Below are positions 37,733-52,388 of a stretch of 64,000 nt of DNA, piece after piece. The notes below the pieces were generated by a model, which did not search any database, was not told the DNA's origin, and saw nothing but the letters and a program-made list of their open reading frames with translations. The translations under genes and the position numbers were made by a program. This DNA comes from Nemertoderma westbladi (Eukaryota > Animalia > Xenacoelomorpha). Every line of letters begins with the position of its first letter. Within the stretch, counting starts at the first letter, position 1. The stretch is from the NCBI GenBank assembly GCA_032718475.1, contig JAUCBJ010002740.1:1-64000 (forward strand), written 5' to 3'.

Positions 37733-40700
37733 TGATTGTTAGTGGAAACCAGGATAGTTTATCGGCTTACTGTGTTTGTTAGTGGACACCAGGATAGTTT
37801 ATCGGCTTACTGTGTTTGTTAGTGGACACCAGGATAGTTTATCGGCTTACTGTGTTTGTTAGTGGACACCAGGAGAGTTTATCGGCTTACTGTGTTTGTT
37901 AGTGGATACCAGGATAGTTTATCGGCTTACTGTGTTTGTTAGTGGACACCAGGATAGTTTATAGGCTTACTGTGTTTGTTAGTGGACACCAGGATAGTTG
38001 ATCAGCTTACTGTGTTTGTTAGTGGACACCAGGATAGTTTATCGGCTTACTGTGTTTGTTAGTGGACACCAGGATAGTTTAACGGCTTACTGTGTTTGTT
38101 AGTGGACACCAGGATAGTTTATCGGCTTACTGTGTTTGTTAGTGGACACCAGGATAGTTTATCGGCTTACTGTGTTTGTTAATGGGCACCTGGAGAGTTT
38201 ATCGGCTTACTGTGTTTGTTAGTGGACACCAGGATAGTTTATCGGCTTACTGTGTTTGTTAGTGGACACCAGGATAGTTTATCGGCTTACTGTGTTTGTT
38301 AATGGGCACCAGGAGAGTTTATCGGCTTACTGTGTTTGTTAGTGGACACCAGGATAGTTTATCGGCTTACTGTGTTTGTTAATGGGCACCAGGAGAGTTT
38401 ATCGGCTTACTGTGTTTGTTAGTGGACACCAGGATAGTTTATCGGCTTACTGTGTTTGTTAGTGGACACAAGGATAGTTTATAGGCTTACTGTGTTTGTT
38501 AGTGGACACCAGGATAGTTTATAGGCTTACTGTGTTTGTTAATGGACACCAGGATAGTTTATCGGCTTACTGTGTTTGTTAATGGGCACCAGGAGAGTTT
38601 ATCGGCTTACTGTGTTTGTTAATGGGCACCAGGAGTTTATCGGCTTACTGTGTTTGTTAGTGGACACCAGGATAGTTGATCAGCTTACTGTGTTTGTTAG
38701 TGGACACCAGGATAGTTTATCGGCTTACTGTGTTTGTTAATGGGCACCAGGAGTTTATCGGCTTACTGTGTTTGTTAGTGGACACCAGGATAGTTGATCA
38801 GCTTACTGTGTTTGTTAGTGGACACCAGGATAGTTTATCGGCTTACTGTGTTTGTTAGTGGACACCAGGATAGTTTATCGGCTTACTGTGTTTGTTAGTG
38901 GACACCAGGATAGTTTATCGGTTTACTGTGTTTGTTAGTGGACACCAGGATAGTTTATCGGCTTACTGTGTTTGTTAATGGGCACCAGGAGAGTTTATCG
39001 GCTTACTGTGTTTGTTAGTGGACACCAGGATAGTTGATCAGCTTACTGTGTTTGTTAGTGGACACCAGGATAGTTTATCGGCTTACTGTGTTTGTTAGTG
39101 GACACCAGGATAGTTTATCGGCTTACTCTGTTTGTTAATGGGCACCTGGAGAGTTTATCGGCTTACTGTGTTTGTTAGTGGACACCAGGATAGTTTATCG
39201 GCTTACTGCGTTTGTTAGTGGACACCAGGATAGTTTATCGGCTTACTGTGTTTGTTAATGGGCACCAGGAGAGTTTATCGGCTTACTGTGTTTGTTAGTG
39301 GACACCAGGATAGTTTATCGGCTTACTGTGTTTGTTAGTGGACACCAGGATAGTTTATCGGCTTACTGTGTTTGTTAGTGGACACCAGGATAGTTTATCG
39401 GCTTACTGTGTTTGTTAGTGGACACCAGGATAGTTGATCAGCTTACTGTGTTTGTTAGTGGACACCAGGATAGTTTATCGGCTTACTGTGTTTGTTAATG
39501 GGCACCTGGAGAGTTTATCGGCTTACTGTGTTTGTTAGTGGATACCAGGATAGTTTATCGGCTTACTGTGTTTGTTAATGGGCACCAGGAGAGTTTATCG
39601 GCTTACTGTGTTTGTTAGTGGACACCAGGATAGTTGATCAGCTTACTGTGTTTGTTAGTGGACACCAGGATAGTTTATCGGCTTACTGTGTTTGTTAATG
39701 GGCACCAGGAGAGTTTATCGGCTTACTGTGTTTGTTAGTGGACACCAGGATAGTTGATCAGCTTACTGTGTTTGTTAGTGGACACCAGGATAGTTTATCG
39801 GCTTACTGTGTTTGTTAGTGGACACCAGGATAGTTTATCGGTTTACTGTGTTTGTTAGTGGACACCAGGATAGTTTATCGGCTTACTGTGTTTGTTAATG
39901 GGCACCAGGAGAGTTTATCGGCTTACTGTGTTTGTTAGTGGACACCAGGATAGTTGATCAGCTTACTGTGTTTGATAGTGGACACCAGGATAGTTTATCG
40001 GCTTACTGTGTTTGTTAGTGGACACCAGGATAGTTTATAGGCTTACTGTGTTTGTTAGTGGACACCAGGATAGTTTATCGGCTTACTGTGTTTGTTAGTG
40101 GACACCAGGAGAGTTAACGGGTTACTGTGTTTGTTAGTGGACACCAGGATAGTTGATCAGCTTACTGTGTTTGTTAGTGGGCACCAGGATTGTTTATCGG
40201 CTTACTGTGTTTGTTAGTGGACACCAGGATAGTTGATCAGCTTAATGTGTTTGTTAATGGACACCAGGATAGTTTATCGGCTTACTGTGTTTGTTAGTGG
40301 ACACCAGGATAGTTTATAGGCTTACTGTGTTTGTTAGTGGACACCAGGATAGTTTATCGGCTTACTGTGTTTGTTAGTGGACACCAGGATAGTTTATCGG
40401 CTTACTGTGTTTGTTAATGGGCACCAGGAGAGTTTATCGGCTTACTGTGTTTGTTAGTGGACACCAGGATAGTTTATCGGCTTACTGTGTTTGTTAGTGG
40501 ACACCAGGATAGTTGATCAGCTTACTGTGTTTGTTAGTGGACACCAGGATAGTTTATAGGCTTACTGTGTTTGTTAGTGGACACCAGGATAGTTGATCAG
40601 CTTACTGTGTTTGTTAGTGGACACCAGGATAGTTTATCGGCTTACTGTGTTTGTTAGTGGACACCAGGATAGTTTATCGGCTTACTGTGTTTGTTAATGG

Positions 40701-43700
40701 GCACCAGGAGAGTTTATCGGCTTACTGTGTTTGTTAGTGGACACCAGGATAGTTGATCAGCTTACTGTGTTTGTTAGTGGACACCAGGATAGTTTATAGG
40801 CTTACTGTGTTTGTTAGTGGACACCAGGATAGTTGATCAGCTTACTGTGTTTGTTAGTGGACACCAGGATAGTTTATAGGCTTACTGTGTTTGTTAGTGG
40901 ACACCAGGATAGTTTATCGGCTTACTGTGTTTGTTAGTGGATACCAGGATAGTTTATCGGCTTACTGTGTTTGTTAGTGGACACCAGGATAGTTTATCAG
41001 CTTACTGTGTTTGTTAGTGGACACCAGGATAGTTTATCGGCTTACTGTGTTTGTTAGTGGACACCAGGATAGTTTATCGGCTTACTGTGTTTGTTAGTGG
41101 ACACCAGGATAGTTTATCGGCTTATTGTGTTTGTTAATGGGCACCAGGAGAGTTTATCGGCTTACTGTGTTTGTTAATGGGCACCAGGATAGTTTATCGG
41201 CTTACTGTGTTTGTTAGTGGACACCAGGATAGTTTATCGGCTTACTGTGTTTGTTAGTGGACACCAGGATAGTTGATCAGCTTACTGTGTTTGTTAGTGG
41301 AAACCCCCATAGTTGATCAGCTTACTGTGTTTGTTACTGGCACCAGGATAGTTTATAGGCTTACTGTGTTTGTTAGTGGGCACCAGGAGAGTTTATCGGC
41401 TTACTGTGTTTGTTAGTGGACACCAGGATAGTTTATCGGCTTACTGTGTTTGTTAGTGGACACCAGGATAGTTTATCGGCTTACTGTGTTTGTTAGTGGA
41501 CACCAGGATAGTTTATCGGCTTACTGTGTTTGTTAGTGGACACCAGGATAGTTGATCAGCTTACTGTGTTTGTTAGTGGACACCAGGATAGTTTATCGGC
41601 TTACTGTGTTTGTTAATGGGCACCTGGAGAGTTTATCGGCTTACTGTGTTTGTTAGTGGATACCAGGATAGTTTATCGGCTTACTGTGTTTGTTAATGGG
41701 CACCAGGAGAGTTTATCGGCTTACTGTGTTTGTTAGTGGACACCAGGATAGTTGATCAGCTTACTGTGTTTGTTAGTGGACACCAGGATAGTTTATCGGC
41801 TTACTGTGTTTGTTAATGGGCACCAGGAGAGTTTATCGGCTTACTGTGTTTGTTAGTGGACACCAGGATAGTTGATCAGCTTACTGTGTTTGTTAGTGGA
41901 CACCAGGATAGTTTATCGGCTTACTGTGTTTGTTAGTGGACACCAGGATAGTTTATCGGTTTACTGTGTTTGTTAGTGGACACCAGGATAGTTTATCGGC
42001 TTACTGTGTTTGTTAATGGGCACCAGGAGAGTTTATCGGCTTACTGTGTTTGTTAGTGGACACCAGGATAGTTGATCAGCTTACTGTGTTTGATAGTGGA
42101 CACCAGGATAGTTTATCGGCTTACTGTGTTTGTTAGTGGACACCAGGATAGTTTATAGGCTTACTGTGTTTGTTAGTGGACACCAGGATAGTTTATCGGC
42201 TTACTGTGTTTGTTAGTGGACACCAGGAGAGTTAACGGGTTACTGTGTTTGTTAGTGGACACCAGGATAGTTGATCAGCTTACTGTGTTTGTTGGTGGGC
42301 ACCAGGATTGTTTATCGGCTTACTGTGTTTGTTAGTGGACACCAGGATAGTTGATCAGCTTAATGTGTTTGTTAATGGACACCAGGATAGTTTATCGGCT
42401 TACTGTGTTTGTTAGTGGACACCAGGATAGTTTATAGGCTTACTGTGTTTGTTAGTGGACACCAGGATAGTTTATCGGCTTACTGTGTTTGTTAGTGGAC
42501 ACCAGGATAGTTTATCGGCTTACTGTGTTTGTTAATGGGCACCAGGAGAGTTTATCGGCTTACTGTGTTTGTTAGTGGACACCAGGATAGTTTATCGGCT
42601 TACTGTGTTTGTTAGTGGACACCAGGATAGTTGATCAGCTTACTGTGTTTGTTAGTGGACACCAGGATAGTTTATAGGCTTACTGTGTTTGTTAGTGGAC
42701 ACCAGGATAGTTGATCAGCTTACTGTGTTTGTTAGTGGACACCAGGATAGTTTATCGGCTTACTGTGTTTGTTAGTGGACACCAGGATAGTTTATCGGCT
42801 TACTGTGTTTGTTAATGGGCACCAGGAGAGTTTATCGGCTTACTGTGTTTGTTAGTGGACACCAGGATAGTTGATCAGCTTACTGTGTTTGTTAGTGGAC
42901 ACCAGGATAGTTTATAGGCTTACTGTGTTTGTTAGTGGACACCAGGATAGTTGATCAGCTTACTGTGTTTGTTAGTGGACACCAGGATAGTTTATAGGCT
43001 TACTGTGTTTGTTAGTGGACACCAGGATAGTTTATCGGCTTACTGTGTTTGTTAGTGGATACCAGGATAGTTTATCGGCTTACTGTGTTTGTTAGTGGAC
43101 ACCAGGATAGTTTATCAGCTTACTGTGTTTGTTAGTGGACACCAGGATAGTTTATCGGCTTACTGTGTTTGTTAGTGGACACCAGGATAGTTTATCGGCT
43201 TACTGTGTTTGTTAGTGGACACCAGGATAGTTTATCGGCTTATTGTGTTTGTTAATGGGCACCAGGAGAGTTTATCGGCTTACTGTGTTTGTTAATGGGC
43301 ACCAGGAGAGTTTATCGGCTTACTGTGTTTGTTAGTGGACACCAGGATAGTTTATCGGCTTACTGTGTTTGTTAGTGGACACCAGGATAGTTGATCAGCT
43401 TACTGTGTTTGTTAGTGGAAACCCCCATAGTTGATCAGCTTACTGTGTTTGTTACTGGCACCAGGATAGTTTATAGGCTTACTGTGTTTGTTAGTGGACA
43501 CCAGGATAGTTGATCAGCTTACTGTGTTTGTTAGTGGACACCAGGATAGTTTATCGGCTTACTGTGTTTGTTAGTGGACACCAGGATAGTTTATCGGCTT
43601 ACTGTGTTTGTTAGTGGACACCAGGATAGTTTATCGGCTTATTGTGTTTGTTAATGGGCACCAGGAGAGTTTATCGGCTTACTGTGTTTGTTAATGGGCA

Positions 43701-46330
43701 CCAGGAGAGTTTATCGGCTTACTGTGTTTGTTAGTGGACACCAGGATAGTTGATCAGCTTACTGTGTTTGTTAGTGGACACCAGGAAAGTTTATCGGCTT
43801 ACTGTGTTTGTTAGTGGACACCAGGATAGTTGATCAGCTTACTGTGTTTGTTAGTGGAAACCAGGATAGTTGATCAGCTTACTGTGTTTGTTAGTGGACA
43901 CCAGGATAGTTTATAGGCTTACTGTGTTTGTTAGTGGACACCAGGATAGTTTATCGGCTTACTGTGTTTGTTCATGGGCACCAGGAGAGTTTATCGGCTT
44001 ACTGTGTTTGTTAGTGGACACCAGGATAGTCGATCAGCTTACTGTGTTTGTTAGTGGACACCAGAATAGTTTATCGGCTTACTGTGTTTGTTAGTGGACA
44101 CCAGGATAGTTTATCGGCTTACTGTGTTTGTTAGTGGACACCAGGATAGTTTATCGGCTTACTGTGTTTGATAATGGGCACCAGGAGAGTTTATCAGCTT
44201 ACTGTGTTTGTTAGTGGACACCAGGATAGTTTATCGGCTTACTGTGTTTGATAGTGGACACCAGGATAGTTTATCGGCTTACTGTGTTTGTTAATGGGCA
44301 CCAGGAGAGTTTATCGGCTTACTGTGTTTGTTAGTGGATACCAGGATAGTTTATCGGCTTACTGTGTTTGTTAATGGGCACCAGGAGAGTTTATCGGCTT
44401 ACTGTGTTTGTTAGTGGACACCAGGATAGTTGATCAGCTTACTGTGTTTGTTAGTGGACACCAGGATAGTTTATAGGCTTACTGTGTTTGTTAGTGGACA
44501 CCAGGATAGTTGATCAGCTTACTGTGTTTGTTAGTGGACACCAGGATAGTTTATAGGCTTACTGTGTTTGTTAGTGGACACCAGGATAGTTTATCGGCTT
44601 ACTGTGTTTGTTAGTGGATACCAGGATAGTTTATCGGCTTACTGTGTTTGTTAATGGGCACCTGGAGAGTTTATCGGCTTACTGTGTTTGTTAGTGGATA
44701 CCAGGATAGTTTATCGGCTTACTGTGTTTGTTAGTGGACACCAGGATAGTTGATCAGCTTACTGTGTTTGTTAGTGGACACCAGGATAGTTTATCGGCTT
44801 ACTGTGTTTGTTAGTGGACACCAGGATAGTTTATCGGCTTACTGTGTTTGTTAGTGGACACCAGGTTGTTTATCGGCTTACTGTGTTTGTTAGTGGACAC
44901 CAGGATAGTTTATCGGCTTACTGTGTTTGTTAGTGGACACCAGGATAGTTTATCGGCTTATTGTGTTTGTTAATGGGCACCAGGAGAGTTTATCGGCTTA
45001 CTGTGTTTGTTAATGGGCACCAGGAGAGTTTATCGGCTTACTGTGTTTGTTAGTGGACACCAGGATAGTTGATCAGCTTACTGTGTTTGTTAGTGGAAAC
45101 CCCCATAGTTGATCAGCTTACTGTGTTTGTTAGTGGCACCAGGATAGTTTATAGGCTTACTGTGTTTGTTAGTGGACACCAGGATAGTTGATCAGCTTAC
45201 TGTGTTTGTTAGTGGACACCAGGATAGTTTATCGGCTTACTGTGTTTGTTAGTGGACACCAGGATAGTTTATCGGCTTACTGTGTTTGTTAGTGGACACC
45301 AGGATAGTTTATCGGCTTATTGTGTTTGTTAATGGGCACCAGGAGAGTTTATCGGCTTACTGTGTTTGTTAATGGGCACCAGGAGAGTTTATCGGCTTAC
45401 TGTGTTTGTTAGTGGACACCAGGATAGTTGATCAGCTTACTGTGTTTGTTAGTGGACACCAGGAAAGTTTATCGGCTTACTGTGTTTGTTAGTGGACACC
45501 AGGATAGTTGATCAGCTTACTGTGTTTGTTAGTGGAAACCAGGATAGTTGATCAGCTTACTGTGTTTGTTAGTGGACACCAGGATAGTTTATCGGCTTAC
45601 TGTGTTTGTTAGTGGACACCAGGATAGTTTAACGGCTTACTGTGTTTGTTCATGGGCACCAGGAGAGTTTATCGGCTTACTGTGTTTGTTAGTGGATACC
45701 AGGATAGTTTATCGGCTTACTGTGTTTGTTAATGGGCACCAGGAGAGTTTATCGGCTTACTGTGTTTGTTAGTGGACACCAGGATAGTTTATCGGCTTAC
45801 TGTGTTTGTTAATGGGCACCAGGAGAGTTTATCGGCTTACTGTGTTTGTTAATGGGCACCAGGAGAGTTTATCGGCTTACTGTGTTTGTTAGTGGACACC
45901 AGGATAGTTTATCGGCTTACTGTGTTTGTTAATGGGCACCAGGAGAGTTTATCGGCTTACTGTGTTTGTTAGTGGACACCAGGATAGTTTATCGGCTTAC
46001 TGTGTTTGTTAGTGGATACCAGGATAGTTTATCGGCTTACTGTGTTTGTTAATGGGCACCAGGAGAGTTTATCGGCTTACTGTGTTTGTTAGTGGACACC
46101 AGGATAGTTTATCGGCTTACTGTGTTTGTTAATGGGCACCAGGAGAGTTTATCGGCTTACTGTGTTTGTTAGTGGACACCAGGATAGTTGATCGGCTTAC
46201 TGTGTTTGTTAGTGGACACCAGGATAGTTTATCGGCTTACTGTGTTTGTTAGTGGACACCAGGATAGTTGATCGGCTTGCTGTGTTTGTTAGTGGACACC
46301 AGGATAGTTTATCGGCTTACTGTGTTTGTT
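37733..46330. repeat. 40-bp intronic satellite, ~215 copies (agtggacaccaggatagtttatcggcttactgtgtttgtt)
   Basis: Begins a few bases after the exon-3 donor; variant units show a 2118-bp higher-order duplication. Confidence 0.97.
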
Positions 46331-47493
46331 TTTGTCTTCTCATTGGAGTTAATTTTTGAGACCGGGGTGTTGGGGGGGGGGGAGGGGGGGGGAGGGGTGG
46401 GGGCTGGACGCAAATTCAATCTCAGCAAATTAATATATCTTCTCGATTGATAGTAAATTATTAATTTATGGAAAGGAGCAGGGTACAGTGTATTGTGACG
46501 GGATCCCGATACCTAAAATTCGGTGGAAAATCCCGATCCCGATTGAAAAATATCGGGATTTTTCAGGATTTGCTATATCTGAATTTATATGCCGTGCAGC
46601 TTAAAATTTGTCAAATTGTTTAAAAATGTACAATTTTACCAATAACAAACACAAATATTTATTTAATATTTAAAATGTTGCAAAAATTATATTAAAAAAA
46701 GTTTGGGAAATGAAATAGGTAGGCCTGCGAGGGAAATCTGTGTACCATTTGAAAAAAATGATATTTTTATTGGATATTTTTACATAATCTTGGCATTTTT
46801 TAGTAGACCTACATTATATATAACATCTCCAATTATTATCTCCAACTAGTGCAGTGGCACGTTATTCTCTATCCTAAACAATAATCTAAAGTGAATAGAA
46901 ATAGGTTATAGTTTTCTTTTTGGGAGTAATCAGCTGTTTTACGTCGACTTTCCCCTGGAGAGGGATGAATTTTGTTTGCCTCCTAAGCCCCCCCCCCCCC
47001 CCCCCCACTCTCGTCCCAATCTGTAATTAATTGAAACATGTTAACCCATTTTGCGCATTTGTACCAATAATGGTCTAATCATGATAGTTTAGTACTGTAG
47101 TACACACTGAATATTCAATAATAAGTTAATTGATGTTGTATACTAATCTATAAAATTGAGTTAGTTCGCAACAATTATGATATAAGGTACTTCTTATTCT
47201 TCTTGCAATAATGTATATACCTATTTCTGTTGAATGTTTTGAACCATATAGGCCTACACGACATGCGTGTGTATCTTTATATCTGTTTTAGCAGATTGCA
47301 GAACGAGGACATTGTAGATGGTATTCAGGATTAATGATCCTGCATATACGTATTCAATAATGTATTTTATTCCAAAATTGTAACATTACTCAACGCCGTT
47401 AGTATTAACAGCGATTTGTTATTTAGCACTTTACAACTTTATAGTACATTACAGCATTGTATTGGCTTGTACATTTAGTATTGTATTTGGTGT

Positions 47494-47582
47494 TATTGTT
47501 TACGTGGTAACCATGACGGCGTTAAGTAATGTCCCCTTAGTGGACATTACTTAACGCCGTCATGGTTACCACGTAAACAATA
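47494..47582. repeat. Perfect 41-bp-arm palindrome with a 7-nt loop
   Basis: tattgtttacgtggtaaccatgacggcgttaagtaatgtcc-ccttagt-ggacattacttaacgccgtcatggttaccacgtaaacaata. Confidence 0.92.
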
Positions 47583-48439
47583 GGTGGAAATGATAGCCAG
47601 ATAGGCCTACTGCATTACCTACCGGTAGGCGGGGTATAGCTATTAATAACCAGTAGGGCCTAGTTATATTATTATAACATGGCTCCAAACCTCGCGATAA
47701 ATATAAGCTAACTTATTTATAACATATTTTATGTAATTTTTACATTTATTTATACAGCAACTAATATAATTTGTGCAGTTTCTATCACTTATAATGTATA
47801 TGTACAATCATTTCGTAATGTTAAAATTTTGGAATAAAACTACATGCATACTTGTTGCAAAGTACTTTACAGTGTTCTGAATCTCGTGGCTTTATTTTCA
47901 CTCTCTCACTAACGTTCGTTCGTGTAAAAAGACACTCGGATCATCACACTGTAAAAGGGCTACTTTACACACAAGTATGTAAATAGTTATTGCAATAATA
48001 AGGTAGTGGGGGGACTTATATATGTATGTATGTATGTATTTATAGACCAAAGTAAGAAATAAATAAACACACATTACCGATTACACAAAATATATAACTA
48101 TTTAGTCCAGGGAATATAACGCTCTAAGTAGGTAAATTATAATAACACATGAATAATATAAATAGAAATTGTTCGAAATAATCAATGAAATCAGAGATGT
48201 AAATAAATTAATTGCCAAAATACTCATCAAAATGTCAAAGGAAGAAATAAATAAACAAACATTACCGATTACATAAAATATATATCTATTTAGTCCGGGG
48301 AATATAACAGATATATAATAATTAAGAGATGGTGAGGGATATAAATAAACCTGTGGTAAAGTTCTGCCTTAATAGATGTAGAACTTTACTTTTTTTTTAC
48401 TACTGTATACTGTATGTATACGAATATTTATATCTACAG

Positions 48440-48853
48440 TGGATGTCGGTGTGGGCAAGTTTACTATTCCTGCGACATTCACAAGCGAGAAGGTTGGCCC
48501 AAATGGTCCTGAAGCCAAGTGCGGATACGATATCAACGTGAGTTACGAGCAGGGCGATGCGGAAGTGCGCGCTATGATAGACAAAGCGGACATCTGCCGT
48601 CAAACCATAACAACTTCAACCAAAGGCATTTACAGCCCCGATCTGTGTTTTGCCGATCGTGATGGAATCAAGCATCCATTCGATGTCTGGACCAATACAA
48701 AGTGCAGTCAGAGCACTACTGAATGTCTCGAGACCATTGTTGTTGAAGACAAGAAGTTACTGCCCGTCACGAAATTACAAGTTGGGGATACCGGTTCGTC
48801 CAATGAGGTGATCTACAGTGAGACAGTCAGTGACATCGACTGCGAGAAGTTCG
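48440..48853 (+). CDS. Coding exon 4: module 2
   Basis: tctacag| VDVGVGKFTIPATFTSEKVGPNGPEAKC...DIDCEKF |gttag; 414 nt, phase 1-1. Confidence 0.88.
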
Positions 48854-49233
48854 GTTAGTTCAGCTATTAGTTATTAGTTGTTAGTCCAGGGGGGGGGGGG
48901 GGGGGGGGGGGGGGGTAGCATACAAATATGGGCACCCCTAGGCATATCTTATCTTCTTCTTGTAAGTGAGAAGATCTCAACCCTCTTAAATTATTTGAAT
49001 AATGATAATATGCCAAATATAAAATAAATATGCGGAATAATATTAGCGAAGTATTATTGTACCTTCTTCATTGTCGATGCTCAAAAAATACTGTAAGGTA
49101 TATTGTAAAATTCCAAATAATATTTCTCGCCCACTAATAAATCCACACTGCTTTATTATTCTGGAGAGGTTCTTAATGTAAGCAAAACTATTAAATGTTA
49201 CGTGAACTTGTAATTTTTGTAGAATAATTTTTT

Positions 49234-51309
49234 ATGCAGCACCCCAACCCCACTCTCTATGGAACACCCCAACCCCACTCTCTATGGAACACCCCAACCC
49301 CACTCTCTATGCAACACCCCAACCCCGCTCTCTATGGAACACCCCAACCCCACTCTCTATGGAACACCCCAACCCCACTCTCTATGGAACACCCCAACCC
49401 CGCTCTCTATGGAACACCCCAACCCCACTCTCTATGGAACACCCCAACCCCACTCTCTATGGAACACCCCAACCCCGCTCTCTATGGAACACCCCAACCC
49501 CACTCTCTATGGAACACCCCAACCCCACTCTCTATGGAACACCCCAACCCCACTCTCTATGGAACACCCCAACCCCACTCTCTATGGAACACCCCAACCC
49601 CACTCTCTATGGAACACCCCAACCCCACTCTCTATGGAACACCCCAACCCCACTCTCTATGGAACACCCCAACCCCACTCTCTATGGAACACCCCAACCC
49701 CACTCTCTATGGAACACCCCAACCCCACTCTCTATGGAACACCCCAACCCCACTCTCTATGCAACACCCCAACCCCACTCTCTATGTAACACCCCAACCC
49801 CACTCTCTATGGAACACCCCAACCCCACTCTCTATGGAACACCCCAACCCCACTCTCTATGGAACACCCCAACCCCACTCTCTATGGAACACCCCAACCC
49901 CACTCTCTATGCAGCACCCCAGCCCCACTCTCTATGCAGCACCCCAACCCCACTCTCTATGGAACACCCCAACCCCACTCTCTATGGAACACCCCAACCC
50001 CACTCTCTATGGAACACCCCAACCCCACTCTCTATGGAACACCCCAACCCCACTCTCTATGCAACACCCCAACCCCACTCTCTATGTAACACCCCAACCC
50101 CACTCTCTATGGAACACCCCAACCCCACTCTCTATGGAACACCCCAACCCCACTCTCTATGGAACACCCCAACCCCACTCTCTATGGAACACCCCCAACC
50201 CCACTCTCTATGCAGCACCCCAGCCCCACTCTCTATGCAGCACCCCAACCCCACTCTCTATGGAACACCCCAACCCCACTCTCTATGGAACACCCCAACC
50301 CCACTCTCTATGGAACACCCCAACCCCACTCTCTATGGAACACCCCAACCCCACTCTCTATGGAACACCCCAACCCCACTCTCTATGGAACACCCCAACC
50401 CCACTCTCTATGGAACACCCCAACCCCACTCTCTATGGAACACCCCAACCCCACTCTCTATGCAGCACCCCAGCCCCACTCTCTATGCAGCACCCCAGCC
50501 CCACTCTCTATGGAACACCCCAACCCCACTCTCTATGGAACACCCCAGCCCCACTCTCTATGGAACACCCCAACCCCACTCTCTATGGAACACCCCAACC
50601 CCACTCTCTATGGAACACCCCAACCCCACTCTCTATGGAACACCCCAACCCCACTCTCTATGGAACACCCCAACCCCACTCTCTATGGAACACCCCAACC
50701 CCACTCTCTATGGAACACCCCAACCCCACTCTCTATGGAACACCCCAACCCCACTCTCTATGGAACACCCCAACCCCACTCTCTATGGAACACCCCAACC
50801 CCACTCTCTATGGAACACTCCAACCCCACTCTCTATGGAACACCCCAACCCCACTCTCTATGCAGCACCCCAACCCCACTCTCTATGCAGCACCCCAACC
50901 CCACTCTCTATGGAACACCCCAACCCCACTCTCTATGGAACACCCCAACCCCACTCTCTATGGAACACCCCAACCCCACTCTCTATGGAACACCCCAACC
51001 CCACTCTGTATGGAACACCCCAACCCCACTCTCTATGGAACACCCCAACCCCACTCTCTATGGAACACCCCAACCCCACTCTCTATGGAACACCCCAACC
51101 CCACTCTCTATGGAACACCCCAACCCCACTCTCTATGGAACACCCCAACCCCACTCTCTATGGAACACCCCAACCCCACTCTCTATGGAACACCCCAACC
51201 CCACTCTCTATGGAACACCCCAACCCCACTCTCTATGGAACACCCCAACCCCACTCTCTATGGAACACCCCAACCCCACTCTCTATGGAACACCCCAACC
51301 CCACTCTCT
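49234..51309. repeat. 25-bp intronic minisatellite, ~83 copies (ggaacaccccaaccccactctctat)
   Basis: Direct reading; two CCCC runs per unit. Confidence 0.97.
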
Positions 51310-52105
51310 AAGTTAATTAATTTCTATTCATCGAGTTAATTTGTTTATGATCCACTTTACAAATATATTTTTTTCGAGAGTAACCAATAACAACCATGCA
51401 ATGTCAAACTATGCATTAGCTGTATTTTCATGGAGGTGATGTCAGTTTTTTTTCAATTTTTTTGACCGTTTTTTACTCTTTTGTCCGTTTATTTTTGCAT
51501 AAGGACTTATGTGTTAGTTTATTGACTATAAGCCCACAAGGGACCAAGAGGCATATCTTATCTTCTTCTTGTAAGCTTCTAATTGCTACATTAAATTGTA
51601 GCAATTACAACTGCTCACATACAGCAACAATCACGACTTACCTGGCAAACTGTAAATGAGGTATCTGGTCGGAAAAGTTGTGCAAAGGGGCGCCTCAAAG
51701 CCGATAGTCCCGAATAACGTGTTGGGAAGTGGAAAATCACTTCAGCAACTTGCTTGGGCAACCACCAAACATCGAGATGAACACCAAACATCATTGACCT
51801 ACAAAGAATATATAAGACAAGACGCTACCCATAGAAACAGAATACTTTACACCTGTCAAACTCCAGAGAAACTTTAATTAAAAGTGCTGGTGCTGAACAG
51901 ACCATTGTTGGATGTTTGCAACCGGATGCTGAAAGCGGAAGAGCTACCGCCAATTTGGACTAAAGGTCAACTAGAACCAGGAAAGGAGACTTCGGTATAC
52001 CAACAAACTATCGTGGGATCTGTCTGCTTGTGGTATCTGCCAAAAATACAACAAAATGATCCTATATAAAATTAGACCTCACATAGAGAAACTGTTGCGT
52101 CAGAG

Positions 52106-52314
52106 CATGGAATGCTATATAGAGAGTCTCTATATAGCATTCCACGAACCTCCGCATGAACCTTCCATGAAATATTCTATACCGACGGCAGTCGTACAGA
52201 AGACTAAAGCGGGATCAGTGCAAGCTGCTGTCCTTAGACGAGCTTTAAAGGTTGTGCGCCCTCGACCCCTTCAGTCCTCCGATAAACGTGTCGATATCTA
52301 TATAGCATTCCATG
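52106..52314. mobile_element. P-element-like MITE inserted in the LINE
   Basis: TIRs catggaatgctatataga / tctatatagcattccatg; TSD gtcagag on both sides; removal restores LRQSQNGFR. Confidence 0.8.
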
Positions 52315-52388
52315 GTCAGAGCCAAAATGGATTTCGACCAAATAGGTCACCAATAGCTCAGATACTTGCGCTATGGATGCTGATTGAA

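Noticed and set aside
49234-51339. 701/675-aa Pro-rich ORFs
   Set aside because: The stop-free 25-bp minisatellite is open in all three frames and lies in an intron.
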